64,000 bases of DNA from Fimbriosthenelais zetlandica (lineage: Eukaryota), in contig OZ365118.1 of assembly GCA_977030845.1 (NCBI GenBank), positions 16,864,001-16,928,000 on the forward strand, read 5' to 3'. Below are positions 38,770 to 53,165 of this stretch, piece by piece; position 1 is the first letter of the stretch, and each line of letters opens with the position of its first letter. The notes beneath the pieces were generated by a model. The model did not search any database. It worked only from the letters and a program-made list of their open reading frames with translations, and had not been told where the DNA came from. The translations under genes and the position numbers were made by a program.

Positions 38770-41700
38770 AAAAATGTGATGGCTTCTGAGGAAGCAATGA
38801 CAAGCGATAATTGCACTCCACCCTGGGACACGCTTCTAACGAGATTGCCCGTTATAAGTGAAGTGCTATTTCTTGTTTCATTCCCATCTTCTCTCAGTCG
38901 ACTCAGTCACAGATGTAGGCAATGCCGTAGGCTGGAATCTCCGAACTGTATGAATATCAACGAACAATATGCTTCTGTATTAAGTCAATATGATTCTATG
39001 ATTGCGTGTGTTGCAATTGTCTTGCAACAGTTGTGGCAGAAAATTCAGTGGAGCAACATTATAGAATACATAATCTTGTACCCTGGTCAGTCCAGCCTTG
39101 CCGTATTTGATCCTGGTCTTTGTCCTGCGGGAAACCGTCTTTTCCGTCTTGATGAATCAACATTGTTCCCTTAACGAGGTAGCTGACTGTTGTAAGGAAT
39201 ATTGGATGATGTTGCCATAGCTTGTACTGTCACCAGCTATGGTCAATGTCCAGCTGGGACAGCCCGGCCATACCGACCCCCCACTGTCTCCCTACAGTAT
39301 GTAAATATATTGGACAGAGTCCTTTTACTGAGTGACCACTGACTTCATTGTAAAAATTAATCATTCCCCAAACCATCCTTCGTCTGGAAGTCAATGCACA
39401 GCCAGCTCCTTCGACCACTTGTCCGACGAAGATGGATCGGAAGCGTTGAAGTAAACTAAGCGGATTTCGGCCACCAATAGCCGGCCCTGTGGTCCCAGCT
39501 AACTGTGTGTGGCTATGTGCAGTCTCCAGTCACCCATTTACCCAATGGATTTTGCCCAAGGATCCGAGAACAGGATCCAAGGAGGATCCAAGCCAGACTT
39601 AGCCAGGCCTGGAGCCTTGATCTAATTGTCCACCTGGTGGAATGAGGTTTGGATGGGGAGATAAGCACTCATTGCCTCTCATTGTGTATACCTACACCCT
39701 ATCCCCTCCTCCCACTATAGACTCTATTCCCTCTCTCACTTCTTCCCTCGGGGGATTGATTCCCTAGACCCTTTCACAAATTTGTTGACCAGGGGGTATT
39801 CCTTAGTGTGTCGTTAAGGGGATGAAGTGGGCTTTAGATTAGTGTCCTGACTGTGTGTGTTGGGGGTTGGGAAGGAATGGGGGGTGCAGATAGGTCAGGG
39901 ATTCTGATGTTGCCAACAAGTTGCCTCCTTCAAGTGGACCATCGGTAGAAGCGCTGCAAAAATGCCATACAACCGACCAATTCATTTTACTTGAAAATTG
40001 CAATTATATTTAAATTGCAGTGCATCAATTTTTCAGATGGTGCGCAAATGGCATGAGTTGAAAAGGTTTGGGCTTATCTTGAATAATTCCTTTGAGATTG
40101 AAAGGCCTTATTTCATATTTTTTGTATGATTTATTTCTGCACTGGCCCAAAATATAATTGAAGGCTGCCATGAGAATTAAAGACATTCTTAGTCCTGAAA
40201 GAAACTCCCTGATAAAGAATGTGATGACCTAGTTTCTTATTAAAAAATCCCATACATTACCCCAAAATTTCCACCGCCCCTTCCCCACCATGAAGAATTT
40301 CTTTAAGCAGCAGACCACCCATTAATTATCCAATCTTCAACTAATCACTAAAAAAATTAATTTACCATCGAAGCTCCCCATGAAACCACAGCGATTCATT
40401 TCACGAACTTCCTTTTGAAATCAGATGTTGCCTGATTCAAAATCCACATTCAGTAACAGTTCGCTATGCGATTTATCTGAATGCATTCACTTTGCCTCGC
40501 TTAACGGTCTTCTAACTCATCTTTATTGCTGCGAATGAAAGCAAGGTTGCCTGGCTACGCTGCCTCATACAACATATGGAGGCTTCACACCAAAAACTTC
40601 TGGCAACAAATTGCATCGTCTATGAGACATATACGTTAGTGCTTAAAGGGGGCATGATGGATTGAACCATTGGACCTATGGGGATACTGTCAATTTTCGA
40701 CCGACAGCGAACGCAGCGTTGCGGTCATTCCGAAAATCGTTAGCTATTTATAAACGAGCGTGGCCCAGAGGAAGAGCGGGGAATCATTGTTTTTGTGCCC
40801 GATGATGGGCTTGTTGGACCACAGGACCATGTTTTGATGAGCCCTTTCACAATGACCTTGAGTTTAACCACCTTTGTCCTTGAGAAAGATGGGAATGAAC
40901 TTGAGTGCTTTAGATACAGCAAAGAAAGTTCGCGTCCTGTATAATATTCTACACAGATCCTCTGGTTGAAATACTCTTGCGATAGCATGGTCACTTTGAA
41001 TTTCAGAATAAACCCTCCAAGTATTTCATCACATTTAATTGAACAATATTACAGCAGATCTTGTCCCTAGTTGCCTTCACTGTACGTATTTGTATCTCTG
41101 AACTCAGGATCATGTCTATAAAATTCACCACCTTCATCCCTCGGGCCATGCCAAGCTCCGGCCAGTACCTTAGACGTGAGAAATGACATAATGGTCATAT
41201 ATATTCACCACCATGTATGTGTCTAATACCTCACTCCACGACACCCAGGCTAATTGCACTGAAATGACCATAATAAATAACAGAGAATGGTCAGCCACCA
41301 GTGCTCGATATTAAGTAACGATTACAGCCAGGCAATCAAGAGTTCAGCTCATTGAGCAGAGATCAAGGCATCTTGGGCCTAATTATTGGCTCGATTGCTT
41401 CCTTCCTTCATTTAGTGTTTGGCCATCTCATCCCTTGTTGGCAGACGGAGTGGATCTTGCCCCTCCAGTGCTGATTTATGTCCACAGTTGCTTATGCCTG
41501 AGTCCCATTAGGTGAAGTTAACGGTCCACTCAGCTAGAGGTGTAACAGGCACTTGGGACAGGGCAAGCAAGGCAAAGCATCCATCTCTCATAAGCATGTT
41601 ACAGCTTGAGAGATTCCTTATGGAATGCAGCAAGCTGAAGTCAGTATGTATGTTGAGATGCCGAGCTCCAGGTTGGAGCTGCTCTCCCCTCCCGCTCGAT

Positions 41701-44700
41701 CCCCCCCCCCCCCCAGCTACCACCCCCACCCTCGCCAGCCAACCCTCCACTGTATATACCCTCACCAAATGAATACTGATCATGCTAAAGACTAGGCATG
41801 CACTAAGTGGATTTTCGCTAAACTGGCCTTCGGTTTTCCTCGAAATGAAACTGCCGGCTTGAAATTGGTAGAAGGCACTCCAAAAGTACCCATTTATAAT
41901 GCTGAAATCACTAGGCATTAGGCAGTAACTGCTAGGCTGTAATCCGATTGCCGACCGATCGGCAAGCCGCTTAGTGGAGAGAGACCTTTAGGGATTTTGG
42001 GCTTACAAATGGGTTTAATGCCTGGTTGGGTGTGTTGTAAGGATGAGGGGTTGGGTGGAGGGAGAAGGGGGTGGGTTGATTTGGAAAGGGTTAAGGATGT
42101 CAGGGATTGACGTAGAGATGTGAAGACATGATTGCTCCAGAGTAACAGGTGCAGAAAGTGCATCAGGCCATGTGACGGGCATTGGGAGAGATGAATGTGA
42201 GAGAAAAGCTGCAGCAAGTGAATGGAATATAATGTTTTCTCCCGCTTCATTAAATAGAAATGAGAGCTCTAGAAATGAGAGCGGCTCAGAAAAGAGCTGT
42301 AGCATAAATCCTCACGGGGCATTTTGGGCCAGCTCAACCCGGGTGTTGTAAAACTTAACGCTGTCATATTTTCTGCAAATGTGTTTCCCCCTGAGCGTTC
42401 TGGTAAATCGGCCACAAAATGATTGTAAACGGAAACGGCCGTTAACGATTTTAAAAAATCACAGGTGAAGGTGATGGAGATTATCTATGGTTCTAAAGAG
42501 CCGTTAGTTGAAAATCATACTCAAACTTGAGTAATTAAGTTGGAGGAAGGGTGGCAGTCTTCCCTTTTCCCTATTGAATATCCCACAGTGTAGTTGATAT
42601 TTCCTCATATTAATAGTCCATTCATCTGCTTAAATCTATCCTGACTATAGGGACCTCTCCCGTCATGTAATACCCTGGAAATAAGATCTGTGATATATGT
42701 TTTGACGAGGTAACATAAGCGGAAATGGGAATGATAGTTGGACTAGATTTGTACTGAGAAATGGAAACAGATCGGAAGCCGCACAGACATGCGTTTGACA
42801 GCGATCGCTGAGGAAAGCAATGAAAAGGGAAAGCATGGTTTAGGACAGCTGGACTCAATGGTGTGGAAAGGGATGAGGGGTCAGCTCTTGGGAACTGGGT
42901 GATCCCTCGTCTAGGGTGAATGGAGGGGAAAAGGAAGCAATGGTATATAAGGAAAAGGGTTCGAGTCAGAAGAGCAGGGGTAGGTCATATGCTCTAAATA
43001 ATAATAGTTCGATGCAGGAGCTGCAAGAAGAGCAACTCGGCGCGAGCAGATGGTCATTTCCCGTGAATGTCCGACTAAACGCCTGACCTGTAAACCCATG
43101 GTGAGGAGGCCCATTTCCGGTCCACTACCAGCTCCCGGTCATGGCTACACTGGTGGTCCATGTTCTCCAGGTGATCCCAATACTCCATAGTAAAGGCTCA
43201 CCCCTCCCCCTCCCTCCCATTGACACGTACCTCAATACCCACCTACCCACTGCCGACTGTCTGACCACCCATTCCCCGAACCATCCAGGCCAGCATTCAA
43301 CGGAAAAGGTGATCAATTTTACATTGGAAATAATGTAATCTCCTTCCGTCAGTCCGTCAGAATATGGATACATTGGTTTGTATCCCTATCAATGTATCAA
43401 GATAATGGAATATGAGATTTTAGGGACGGTTTTGAAACGGCCACCATGTGTAATTTAGGACCTCTATATACAGTCACTCACTTTAAAATGTTCAAACTGT
43501 CAGAGGTCCTAGATATAATATCAGGATATTTTCTCCTGGCCATGGGAAGATGCCATTTGTTTTCTTCAAAACCAGTGGAAACACGCCATTTATTTTTCTC
43601 GGCCCTACCCCTCGCCCCACCAGCCCAGCACCCCATCGAGCAGGAAACCCGGAGGAAATCCCCGACTCGCACATCCGAATACCAAAGTCTGCCTGCTAAT
43701 CCTGAGGAATCCATACTCCTCCAGGCGGCCTAAGTGGATTCTCCAGCATGGCCCGGAGCCACTGACAAATCATAGTGTACACCCCCAGCTCAGCATCCTA
43801 ATACAACTTTTACTTATGGTCCCTGTCAGACATGCGAGGCCTACTTTATTATAATGCCGCCATATTGCCATTGCTTAAATTCACTCCATCATGTAGAGGC
43901 AGGAGGAGGGGGAGGAGATATGAATGGACACTTGTGGCTCTCCCACTTGGCCTGATTCATTGCGCAAAGAGGCATTCATTAATATAATGCTCATAGGTCT
44001 CCCCGCTCTTCTCACTGATTGCTGTATCTCTTACTACTATTCCATTCGCCATTCCTTTTCTGAATATCTCCCTCACTCTTTTTCTCACTCCCTCACTCTC
44101 TCCGTCCACCTTCCTCCCCCCCCTTTCCTCCTTCCCCTCTCTCTCCCCCGCTTTCGCTGGCAATCTCTTTCACCAGCACTCTCATATGATAAAGATATAG
44201 CATGGCGCATTTCCCTACTTTCTAAGTGCATGATTTCACATCTCCGTCCCTTTGTCTCCAGCCGGATCCCTTGTAAAAGTGATGCTGCAAGATTTACATG
44301 TATTGCATACATATCTGTGCAAATATACCTGCTCATATATGCATACCTTTGAAAGCACATTGCAAAGCTTCTGTGGGAGCATTTTCCCTTGGGATGTTGC
44401 ATGATTGCATGAATAAGGTCCATATGATAATGCACTACATATTGTATCAATCATCTAGCGTTATATTGTCATTCGAGCATCTCTTCTGTTCACACAGGAC
44501 CGAAAAAGCATTCAGATATAGCCTTTATCTCTCAGGTTTTTGAATGCTTTATGTAAGAACTAGGTCAATGTACAGTACATAAATCCCAAGAAATTTTCTC
44601 TAGAGAGAGGACAACATAGAAAGTTTCCTTCTGAGTTAGAATAGATGGAGTTAAATCAGAATCATGTTGTTTCATTCAAGACAACCATTCCTCCCAAAGC

Positions 44701-47700
44701 TTATAATGCACATAAAATGGCTTTCGTCAAAACCCTTGGCCCTATACATGACATTGCATAAATTATGCAGTGACTTGCATTTCACCACCAACATCAAATT
44801 TGCATGAAGGTAACATGCTCATGCAACCATCAAAGTCAGAATCACACCTCTATTTGAGGATGATAATTATTAGGCGAGTTTTGATATAATTCATGGCGTG
44901 ATGCACAAACCTCAATTTTAACGATTCAGCCAGGCACAAGATAGATATGACATCAATCATATGAAAAGAGGAGACAAAAATAAATGAGTTGAGATACAAT
45001 TGCTTCAGTGCTTGCAATGGTTATGAACCTGAGAAGGCAGTGTTAATGGGAATGGGGACTTTGTAAGGCGGGCTTAGATCTTGTAAGGCGCCTCTGTACT
45101 TGAATTGCCAGCTACTGTAAGGACGCGGTACTGAGAGTGGCGTTATAAATGTTAACAAGATCTGGCTTTACTAGCAGCAGGTACTGGGAAGTATTCAAAG
45201 CCATCTTACTAGACAGACGCTTAATTCCCAGTGAAAGTTTCCCTTTCAGTTAGAATCGACATTAAATGCATGCAGGTCTAGATTGATTGTAAAATTGAAC
45301 AATTCAAGATATTTTTTTTTTCATTCTTTTAATTAACTTACATGTGCACAATATGAAACATGCTCGTTTGCCGACAGACCTGAATGAGACTGCCATATTT
45401 CTGCTTGTTCATGAGCTATCTTTTACAGTTCCATCTCACATCTACCGCATTTATTTCAATGTGAGAAAATCAGGTCTGAATAGAAGCCACAGTTTGTGGC
45501 TTTATTTTGGTGGCTTCCCATTCGCCCCTGACAAGCGGCTTGGAATCGTCAGATACTTGGCTTCAGTTCTTGGCATCCATATTGGCAAGGATGGCAACTA
45601 TTAGAGATATTTGGAAATGACTGAATTTCACACAAGACTCTTGCACATTCTAATGGCGCTCTTGTACAACATATGCCGTTACCTATGTGGGAAAGTACCA
45701 TGTCTATTGTACTTGCTTGGCAAGATGATTAATTGTATTCTCCTCGCAAACAAAGGGATCTGTATACTGATTTTTCATTCATCTTGCCGAGATAGTCTAA
45801 TTTCAATGTTAATCATTTGGGAAGACTATGACAGAAAGGAATGAATGCACATATTAATAGATAGAATATGATTTCTGATGACCCCCAAAAACCCCCAGCC
45901 TAAGACACGGGAGACTTAATACCCTTTAGTGATGGCATAAGAATCCTGGGACAGTCTTAAGACAGCCTTAAGACATTATTGATTCCATCCTTCCACAATA
46001 TATATCTACTCTTCAATATCAAATAAAACCTATATTTCCCGCTCATATTCCTATTAATTCACGATGACAAAATCCCTGAGGACAGGATCATCCAGAGGAA
46101 ATCCTTTGGAAAGCCATGAAAGAGATGGCCATAAATTACTTCCTAAAGCTACATCCCTTAGCCGTGACAAATGACTGCCTGGCACCTTATATTATATATT
46201 TTTAAACCATTATGGCGGCGAGTACTTCATTATTGATACCCTTACACGGAGGGGCCCTCCTCTCGCCTCCTAATTGATTCATGATATGAAGGGGAGAGGA
46301 AGAAGGTGTTTGTGTAGGGGGAGACGTGTTGATTAATAGAGGGCACACGAGGTGGAGGACTCTGACATTATACCTTATCATTTATAATTAAACTCACACA
46401 ACACCTAAACTCCCCCCACCTTTCACAGTCGCATTAAAGGCTTCCTTCTTGTAAACTTAGACTTTACAGTCCTTCTTAGGTGTGTATATCATGATTCAGT
46501 TCCTGTACACTCTAAAGATGTATAAATGTAAATTTATCGCTGTTAGTATTTGGGGTGGATCAGAGTTCGCTTTTAAATCTCGCATCAATAGAAATTTGGC
46601 AATCTTTCACAAGACGAAAAATCAAAGAAATGCATCCATTCACAGTTTTCTTATTTGGGTATTTCATTTTGCGTGGTGACAAATATTGATTTCTGATCTG
46701 CGTCTCCCAGAAGAAAATTACAAGGAGTCGTTATTTCTGGATCTTCTTATGTGTGAAAAACGAGAGGCCGAAGTCTGGGTGGACGGGAGAGCGATGAATC
46801 TCAACCAGAAACTGGGGATTAGGTATGCGGGCATCCTGCCATCCCAACAAAAAAACACAGCCATCTTTAAAAATCAAGAGGCAAGAAAGACAAATCACAA
46901 GTCATAAATATAGTCAACATAGTTGGTAACACTCAGTGTTATTTTTAAAAGCTGTAAAGGTTGCCCAGAAGTTCTTTTAGGGAAATGTTGTAGCACACCA
47001 AACTGGAGGTGTGAAATTCAATGTGAAATTTCACCCATACTTGACACCCATTTGTAGGCAGTATTTTCCTCAGGGTGATTACAGGCTTTGAGATTGACCT
47101 GCTATTTATAATCATTCCCCTCTGTTCCCCGGTCTCTCACCATCCTAAAAGCTTCTCTCAAGGACTCCATGTGACATTACATTACCAGTGCATCCTTGTG
47201 TGTTTTTCATAGATCTATACCAAAATGTTTCATAGAAAGCGAACAGACATGAGCAGCTACAATGTTCACAAGGCCAAGGCCGCAGTGTAAAAGCCATCGA
47301 TAGCTGCTAGTACACGGAACTATTAGCAGCCCCATGACAAAAATACTGATAATCAAAGCTGCATCTTGACGATCAGAGGGACTCACTGTAAGCGGAAGGA
47401 TATGAGCAGATGTGTAGAGTTCCTCTGATGTCACTCAGACTCGCTTGTTTGTGATTTGCTGAAGCCAGCTTTCCACTGCTCGCAGATTCTGATCCCAAAC
47501 ACCGCACTAATGCCTCCTCGCGGTCAGTTGAAAAACCAAAAGACGGAGGAGGGCTGCTGATGGTTCTATGTATACGATCTTCCTCACTTGCTCTGTGTTT
47601 GCCCTTCAAAGTCTGGAGAGCTGGTCTTGAGCGCATGGACATATAGATCTACATATAGATAGCCACAAGCAATAAGGCCCGGGCATTTGTTCCGCAGATC

Positions 47701-50700
47701 ATCTTGAAGCAAGGTCGTTTTTCTCTTAAAGATAGAATGGTATTCTCCTATTCCTCTTGACGCCTGCCAAGTATGGATTTTAATGCGATATCCCATATTA
47801 ATTCACCCATATTGGTTAAGCCAATAAGCCTTTATTAGATTACATGAAATGGCAATTGAAACTAAACTCAAGGCTGTGAATTGGTATGTTTTAACCTAGC
47901 ATATTCATAACCATTGAAAGGAAAATGTTTTGCATTTACCGAAAGGCAAAGTCTTCAATGAGCTTAACGCAATCCACTTTGGCGGAGGAAATGCCTTGTG
48001 AAGGCTTCAATGCCTAGTAGCAGTTATATACAAGGGTTTATACATAGTGACTTTATGGCTCTTCCTCCAATCCTGCCTCTCCCCCCTGCCAAGATGGCTT
48101 GAGGTTATATGTCAAGGTTACGCCCATTATGTTTGACAAATCACCCGTTAACCATCCCCCACTCCCTCCATCCATCCATCTCATTAACTGTTCAACGCAT
48201 CGCTAATCACAAACCAACCTTAATACAGGGATAACGGCTGAATCTTTTAATCCCCCAGTCTCCCCCCAGCCAACTTCTATAGCCCCCAGTACATCCATAC
48301 TCCTTTAGCACATATTTGAGATTTGCTTCAGGAAAGAATCCGCATTAAATGCCATGAGCCTGAAATTATGTGTGATAAACTGAGTTTTCATATTTTTACA
48401 TTAATAAGAAAGTTTCTAGGGTAGGACGTTTATCATATCTCGAACCATGAAAGTTCACAAATGCATTTCAAGTATCTGAAACTATTTCAAAATGCCTTTT
48501 GAAGAGTTTAGACACATTTACCTGAACTCTCATGAGAAGGCATATAATGACACCTGCACCAAAGAGAAGACACACTTGTATTGTCAGTAAGTTTTCCCCT
48601 TGTTGTGATGTGCCCCCACTAGTTGCTGTGACATTAAAGCCTACATAACCAACATCTCTTCTTCATTGGAATGAATGATAAAATGCCATGGTGGTGAGAA
48701 GATGTAAGATGATAGGCAATGTTTCCCAGTAAATGTCAACCCTACATCACTCTCTAACCCAGAAATAATGAGCACAGAGGACAAAAAACAACTGCTTTCT
48801 CTCCATCTTTCCTGAAACATCCAGAAACAAATGAATGTATGATAAGAAGGGCACTATGTCCTAGTCACTTGTATGTGAAACGAAAAACAGTGTTTCACCA
48901 GTGAAGAATGTTTATCCTCAGTCACAATAATCCGTGGATTATATATGATTCATTTCAATATTATTGAATAATACTGTGCAAGCCTCATACATGGTTTAAA
49001 TTCAATTTTCGAATCGTGTGCATTTATTCCCATTAGACAATATCTACACATTTAACACTTTAATCAAGATGACAATTTGTCGTGATGACAATTTGAATAA
49101 TAACTTAATGATTGCACGACAACTTAAATAAGAAGAAACAACTCAATGCAGCAGCATCCTTTTGTGAAATAAGGTCTTTGTTACTTTAATTGCAAGATCA
49201 CCCAAGGAACCTGCCTTATGATTTGGAATCATTTGATATGGAAGCTCACGGAATTAACAAAGGGAAGGAAATGAATTTTATATGATATCATCCAAACAAA
49301 TGACACACGTGAAGGGCTTGGAGGAGCCGCTGCTGCCTCTGGCGAGGGGAGGACGATTACTGTATGTCCTCTTCACACTAAAGAAATATGATCCAGGCGA
49401 GGATGTGTTTTGAAGCCAGTGATTAATGACTGTAATTTGTGGAGCTTGAAGCGGCCTGCTCGGGCGATAATTGGCGCCAGGTTTGCTGCGAAAAGTTAGC
49501 ATCATTCAGTTAGCTGGACACGGAGGCATCCCTTTGATTATCTGATCAAGCATGAAATCTTCTCATAATAGGAACATATTTCAAGCCCCCGAGATGCATT
49601 TCTGATGAAGGCAGAGGGTGGGATTAAAGTGTGGCAGGCAATCATTAGGACCCGTGCATAATTAACAGGCTTTGCTGAATTGTGGCACTGCTCTGTCTAC
49701 GTGTGGTATTCTCTCTACGTGTATGTATGCTTCAGGATGTTTAAGGTGTAGTTCCACCAAGCAATAGTTGTCTTATCATATTTTAATCCGGTGTTTTTCT
49801 GGTTATGATGATGCAGTTGCTCACCCGATTTCTGCATACATATCCTCATGTATATATCAAATGGAATCTTACAGTTTCTTTTCATATTAAAAGGCAGATC
49901 TAATTGTTTTAGTGGATCAAGCCTTTCACTTGCCATACCTCCATATGCTCGGGATCCTATCTTTGCTTCTTCCTTATCGTCCTCTGTCATATAAATGTAG
50001 CAAAAAGTGCTTCTTCGCGATGTGCACAGAGAGATGGATGTTCCCACACAAATTTCTTACTGAGAATCTCACTTTCATCTTTATATTTTACTTTTGCAGC
50101 CACTTTTATGTACCACCCACCTAGGAAATTTAAAATTTACTGATAAAACTGTGAACATTTTGGCGTGATAAAGGGAAATCCAAATGTTATCTGATGAAGA
50201 TCGGGGTAGTGTACACACGCTGCGTATCTCGAGGCAATGTTGCACGTATTGAACTGCCCGCCCACCAACTTATCAATAAACCCCCACACAAGTGGGCTTT
50301 TGGGTAAATACTTAAATCTTGCCGGCGGTCATTTCCCACACTCTATATGCCATTATTTCTCTATTGAGATGACAGTTGGGATGTGGCATTCATCCTCTCT
50401 CCCCGTTAAGGACTCCCCTGCCCACCCTCTCACCCTCCGCCATATTTCAAGCTTGTGTTGCGACGTTCTGACTTGATTATGACGCATTGCGTTGCGATGG
50501 CCAACTGCACTTGTCAATTGCAATCAGCAAACTGAATTTCCTCCCAACTGAAGTGTGGGAATATTCTTCTGGAGAATATTTAAAAGTCATATCTGATTTC
50601 TTGCATATCTTTTGCTACTTTTACAGATTTTATTTGAGGGCGAATGGCTTATTTGAAATAAGCAAGAGTTTTAGATTTCGACATTCAGTCCATATCGATT

Positions 50701-52258
50701 TTAAGGGGTATTTTAGGGATTTATTTAGGAAGATAGCCTTGCTGGCACTGGGGCCATGCATTATCAATTAAGCCTGACCCGGAAGCATTTGCTGAACTGA
50801 TGCCATTTCGTTGCAAATGACAAACCCATTGCACATCTCTGACCATCCCTTGAATATCTGCATTGAAGCATTTTAAAATTCTCTATGCTCTCAGTCTTGG
50901 TTATTTCTCTTAAAGGTAGATGACAGGGGTTGGGGATGGGTGGGTGGTGGCTTAGATATCATATGATTGGATGAACGGATACGGGTGGCAGGTGGATGTG
51001 CGGGGGAAGGAGACGACATGCCAGTTGTACAAGCACGACATGTCAGCTGCGCTATATGGTGAGATAGGGAAGCATGAAGGCGTGGAAGGAAGGGGCAGGA
51101 TAGCGAGTATCTGCTCACATGACAGTTTTGTGTGGCGGACATGACAGTATTGTCAGAGTGAATGAGAAATGAGATAATCTCACACTTAAGTTTCTAACTG
51201 AAGCCTGAATGGGAAGGATGTTTTGTACTGGTGGGAAGTCAAGCAGAGGGAGCACATAACTGAGGAGGGAAGTCAGGAAGATTAATTCTTAAAACTTAAT
51301 GACAATATTCTCACCACCTCCTCCAAGGTGATCGATGGAGGCAATATTTTAAAGAATATTCCACAGGTCAATATTGTATTACGCATTTTTACGTCATTTG
51401 TTTGGTTGATCAAAACTAGTTCCTTTAATACGTCGAGTCTTAAATGTTACATATTTTATGGAAAATTGCTTCTAAAGGCCCAACTGCCCTGAAATAGATA
51501 ATGATGATGCTGTCATAGTGGTGACTGCCCTTTTGTTTAGTGGAATGTTGCCATTTATTATGGACTTCTTGGTCCGAACATCGTCTTGCAACTTCTGGCA
51601 TTATTTTGTACATCTATCATTAACCTTAAATATCTTGATATCGTTCATTATGTATGGACAACTGTGGGGAGGCTTTGATCAATGAAATGGCGAAAACTGT
51701 ACGATTTATGAAAACATTTTATTTTCTACAAAACATTTTATAGGTTGTATACTCAACACATATACCTAGTTTGCACGCATCCACACTTTCACTCTCCAGT
51801 ATGATACAGTGATAAATTGTCATGCACACTTTCGTATAATTTAATTTTTAAACGCGTGGGGAATCTCTCGCTCTGTAAAACCGTTCAGTTTGATTGGGAT
51901 AGTACAGCACTATAATATGCCTCGAAGGGGACAACGGTAAAACTATACACGTCCAAACGCTGTGCACTCTTCCTTTCTTTTTACATCAAAAAACTAAAAT
52001 ACAGACATTTCTCTATGCCCCCTTCCTTGATCAATCCAGACCTGAGTCTGGAGTTTTGTAATGGTACTTTTGATAAAGCCAAACGTATTTGGTTTTTGGC
52101 CAGAGGGATTCTTTGGCTGTGACGATTTAGGTAGAGAAGGCATTTGACTCCAGCCCTGCTCCCTCCTCTTCTCCTCGCCCCTCCACATCTCATGATCCAG
52201 ACTAATTCATGGTTGCTTAGCAACAGTATCCATGTCAAAAGTGACACGGCTGGTTTTT

Positions 52259-52283
52259 TTTATTTTAAGTACACCTTTTTATT
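52259..52283 (-). terminator. Candidate polyadenylation signals of gene B (3' UTR about 0.75 kb; another candidate at 51718-51723)
   Basis: Minus-strand AATAAA (TTTATT on +) at 52259-52264 and 52278-52283. Sequence only. Confidence 0.35.
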
Positions 52284-53027
52284 CTGTAAAAAGGCGCCGA
52301 TGGACTAGGCATAAAGAACTTCTCAAATATCGTGAAATATTCTTTATGAAAATGCAATAGGAACAGTTGAATGTTGAATATTGAAAAAGAAAATATTTAT
52401 ATTGCATCATTTCCTGGAATAGTGTGACAAATTATAGTCATTAAATAATTGCCACTCGATTATTGTCCTATTTGGCAATGTAAAGGGTCATCTATTTCCA
52501 TGATGACGTACGAGACACGCAGACGACATTTCCTGATGTTTTGACCTTACTCTTAGCATTCTGGTGCACCTTGCAAAAATGTCACGAAGTGGTCGAATCA
52601 GAAGTCAATTTGTGCAATTTAGTCCAGCTTTCTTTGGGCAGAAGCATGCTGTACTTGACCTGTTATGTTGCAACGTCTCAAACTTTTTAGCAGACGACTA
52701 TTTTCAGCGGAACAACACAAGTGTACTGGCGTAACCTTGGCAATCATATCCACTAGCAGTGTTAGGCATGAGGAGTGAAGCAAGATAACAGCAACGACTG
52801 ACCCACACTCGCCCTTCAAATAACAGGCCCTGGCTTTTAAAGGTCATTGAGGAAGGGCTTTATTCCTTCCTTCACCTAGTTCTCTATTAAACAGAGAAAG
52901 CGGCCTTAGTGATAGCCTATACGTCGTCTGCTCACAACCGGCAATGGACAAGATAGCAACTGTGTCTTGCATTAAAGGCAACTGATTTTTATATGTATTT
53001 CCCTTGATCCTTCCCTTCATCCCTCCA

Positions 53028-53165
53028 TCAAAAGATGTTGGTTTGTTTGGAGGTGGAGTAGTTGACGGGCGTCATGAATTGTTGAGTCTCCTCCATTTGG
53101 ATCGCGCCGGCTGAAACATTACCGTCACAGAGGGGCTTGGCGGAGATCCCTTCTTCTGGAACCTT
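53028..53165 (-). CDS. iGluR gene B, terminal coding exon (cytoplasmic tail ending SKQTNIF*)
   Basis: Acceptor tcttttgccttacAG (53167-53166), phase 0, TGA at 53030-53028: KVPEEGISAKPLCDGNVSAGAIQMEETQQFMTPVNYSTSKQTNIF. Confidence 0.88.
   Translation of the reverse strand, partial: KVPEEGISAKPLCDGNVSAGAIQMEETQQFMTPVNYSTSKQTNIF

Noticed and set aside
40642-40670. TTAAAGGGGGCAT resembling a Kolobok-type transposon end (similar at ~58465)
   Set aside because: No matching inverted end was found.
42912-42967. B-box-like GGTTCGAGTC suggesting a tRNA or SINE
   Set aside because: The A-box is poor and no cloverleaf stems are present.
45061-45157. TGTAAGG repeats and GGCGTTATAAAT resembling a LINE/SINE 3' tail
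   Set aside because: Too degenerate, with no upstream body, poly(A)/microsatellite tail or TSD.
9397-51142. The many 60-175 aa intergenic ORFs in the track
   Set aside because: No recognisable domains. Many overlap low-complexity tracts or the duplication, and their lengths are consistent with chance.
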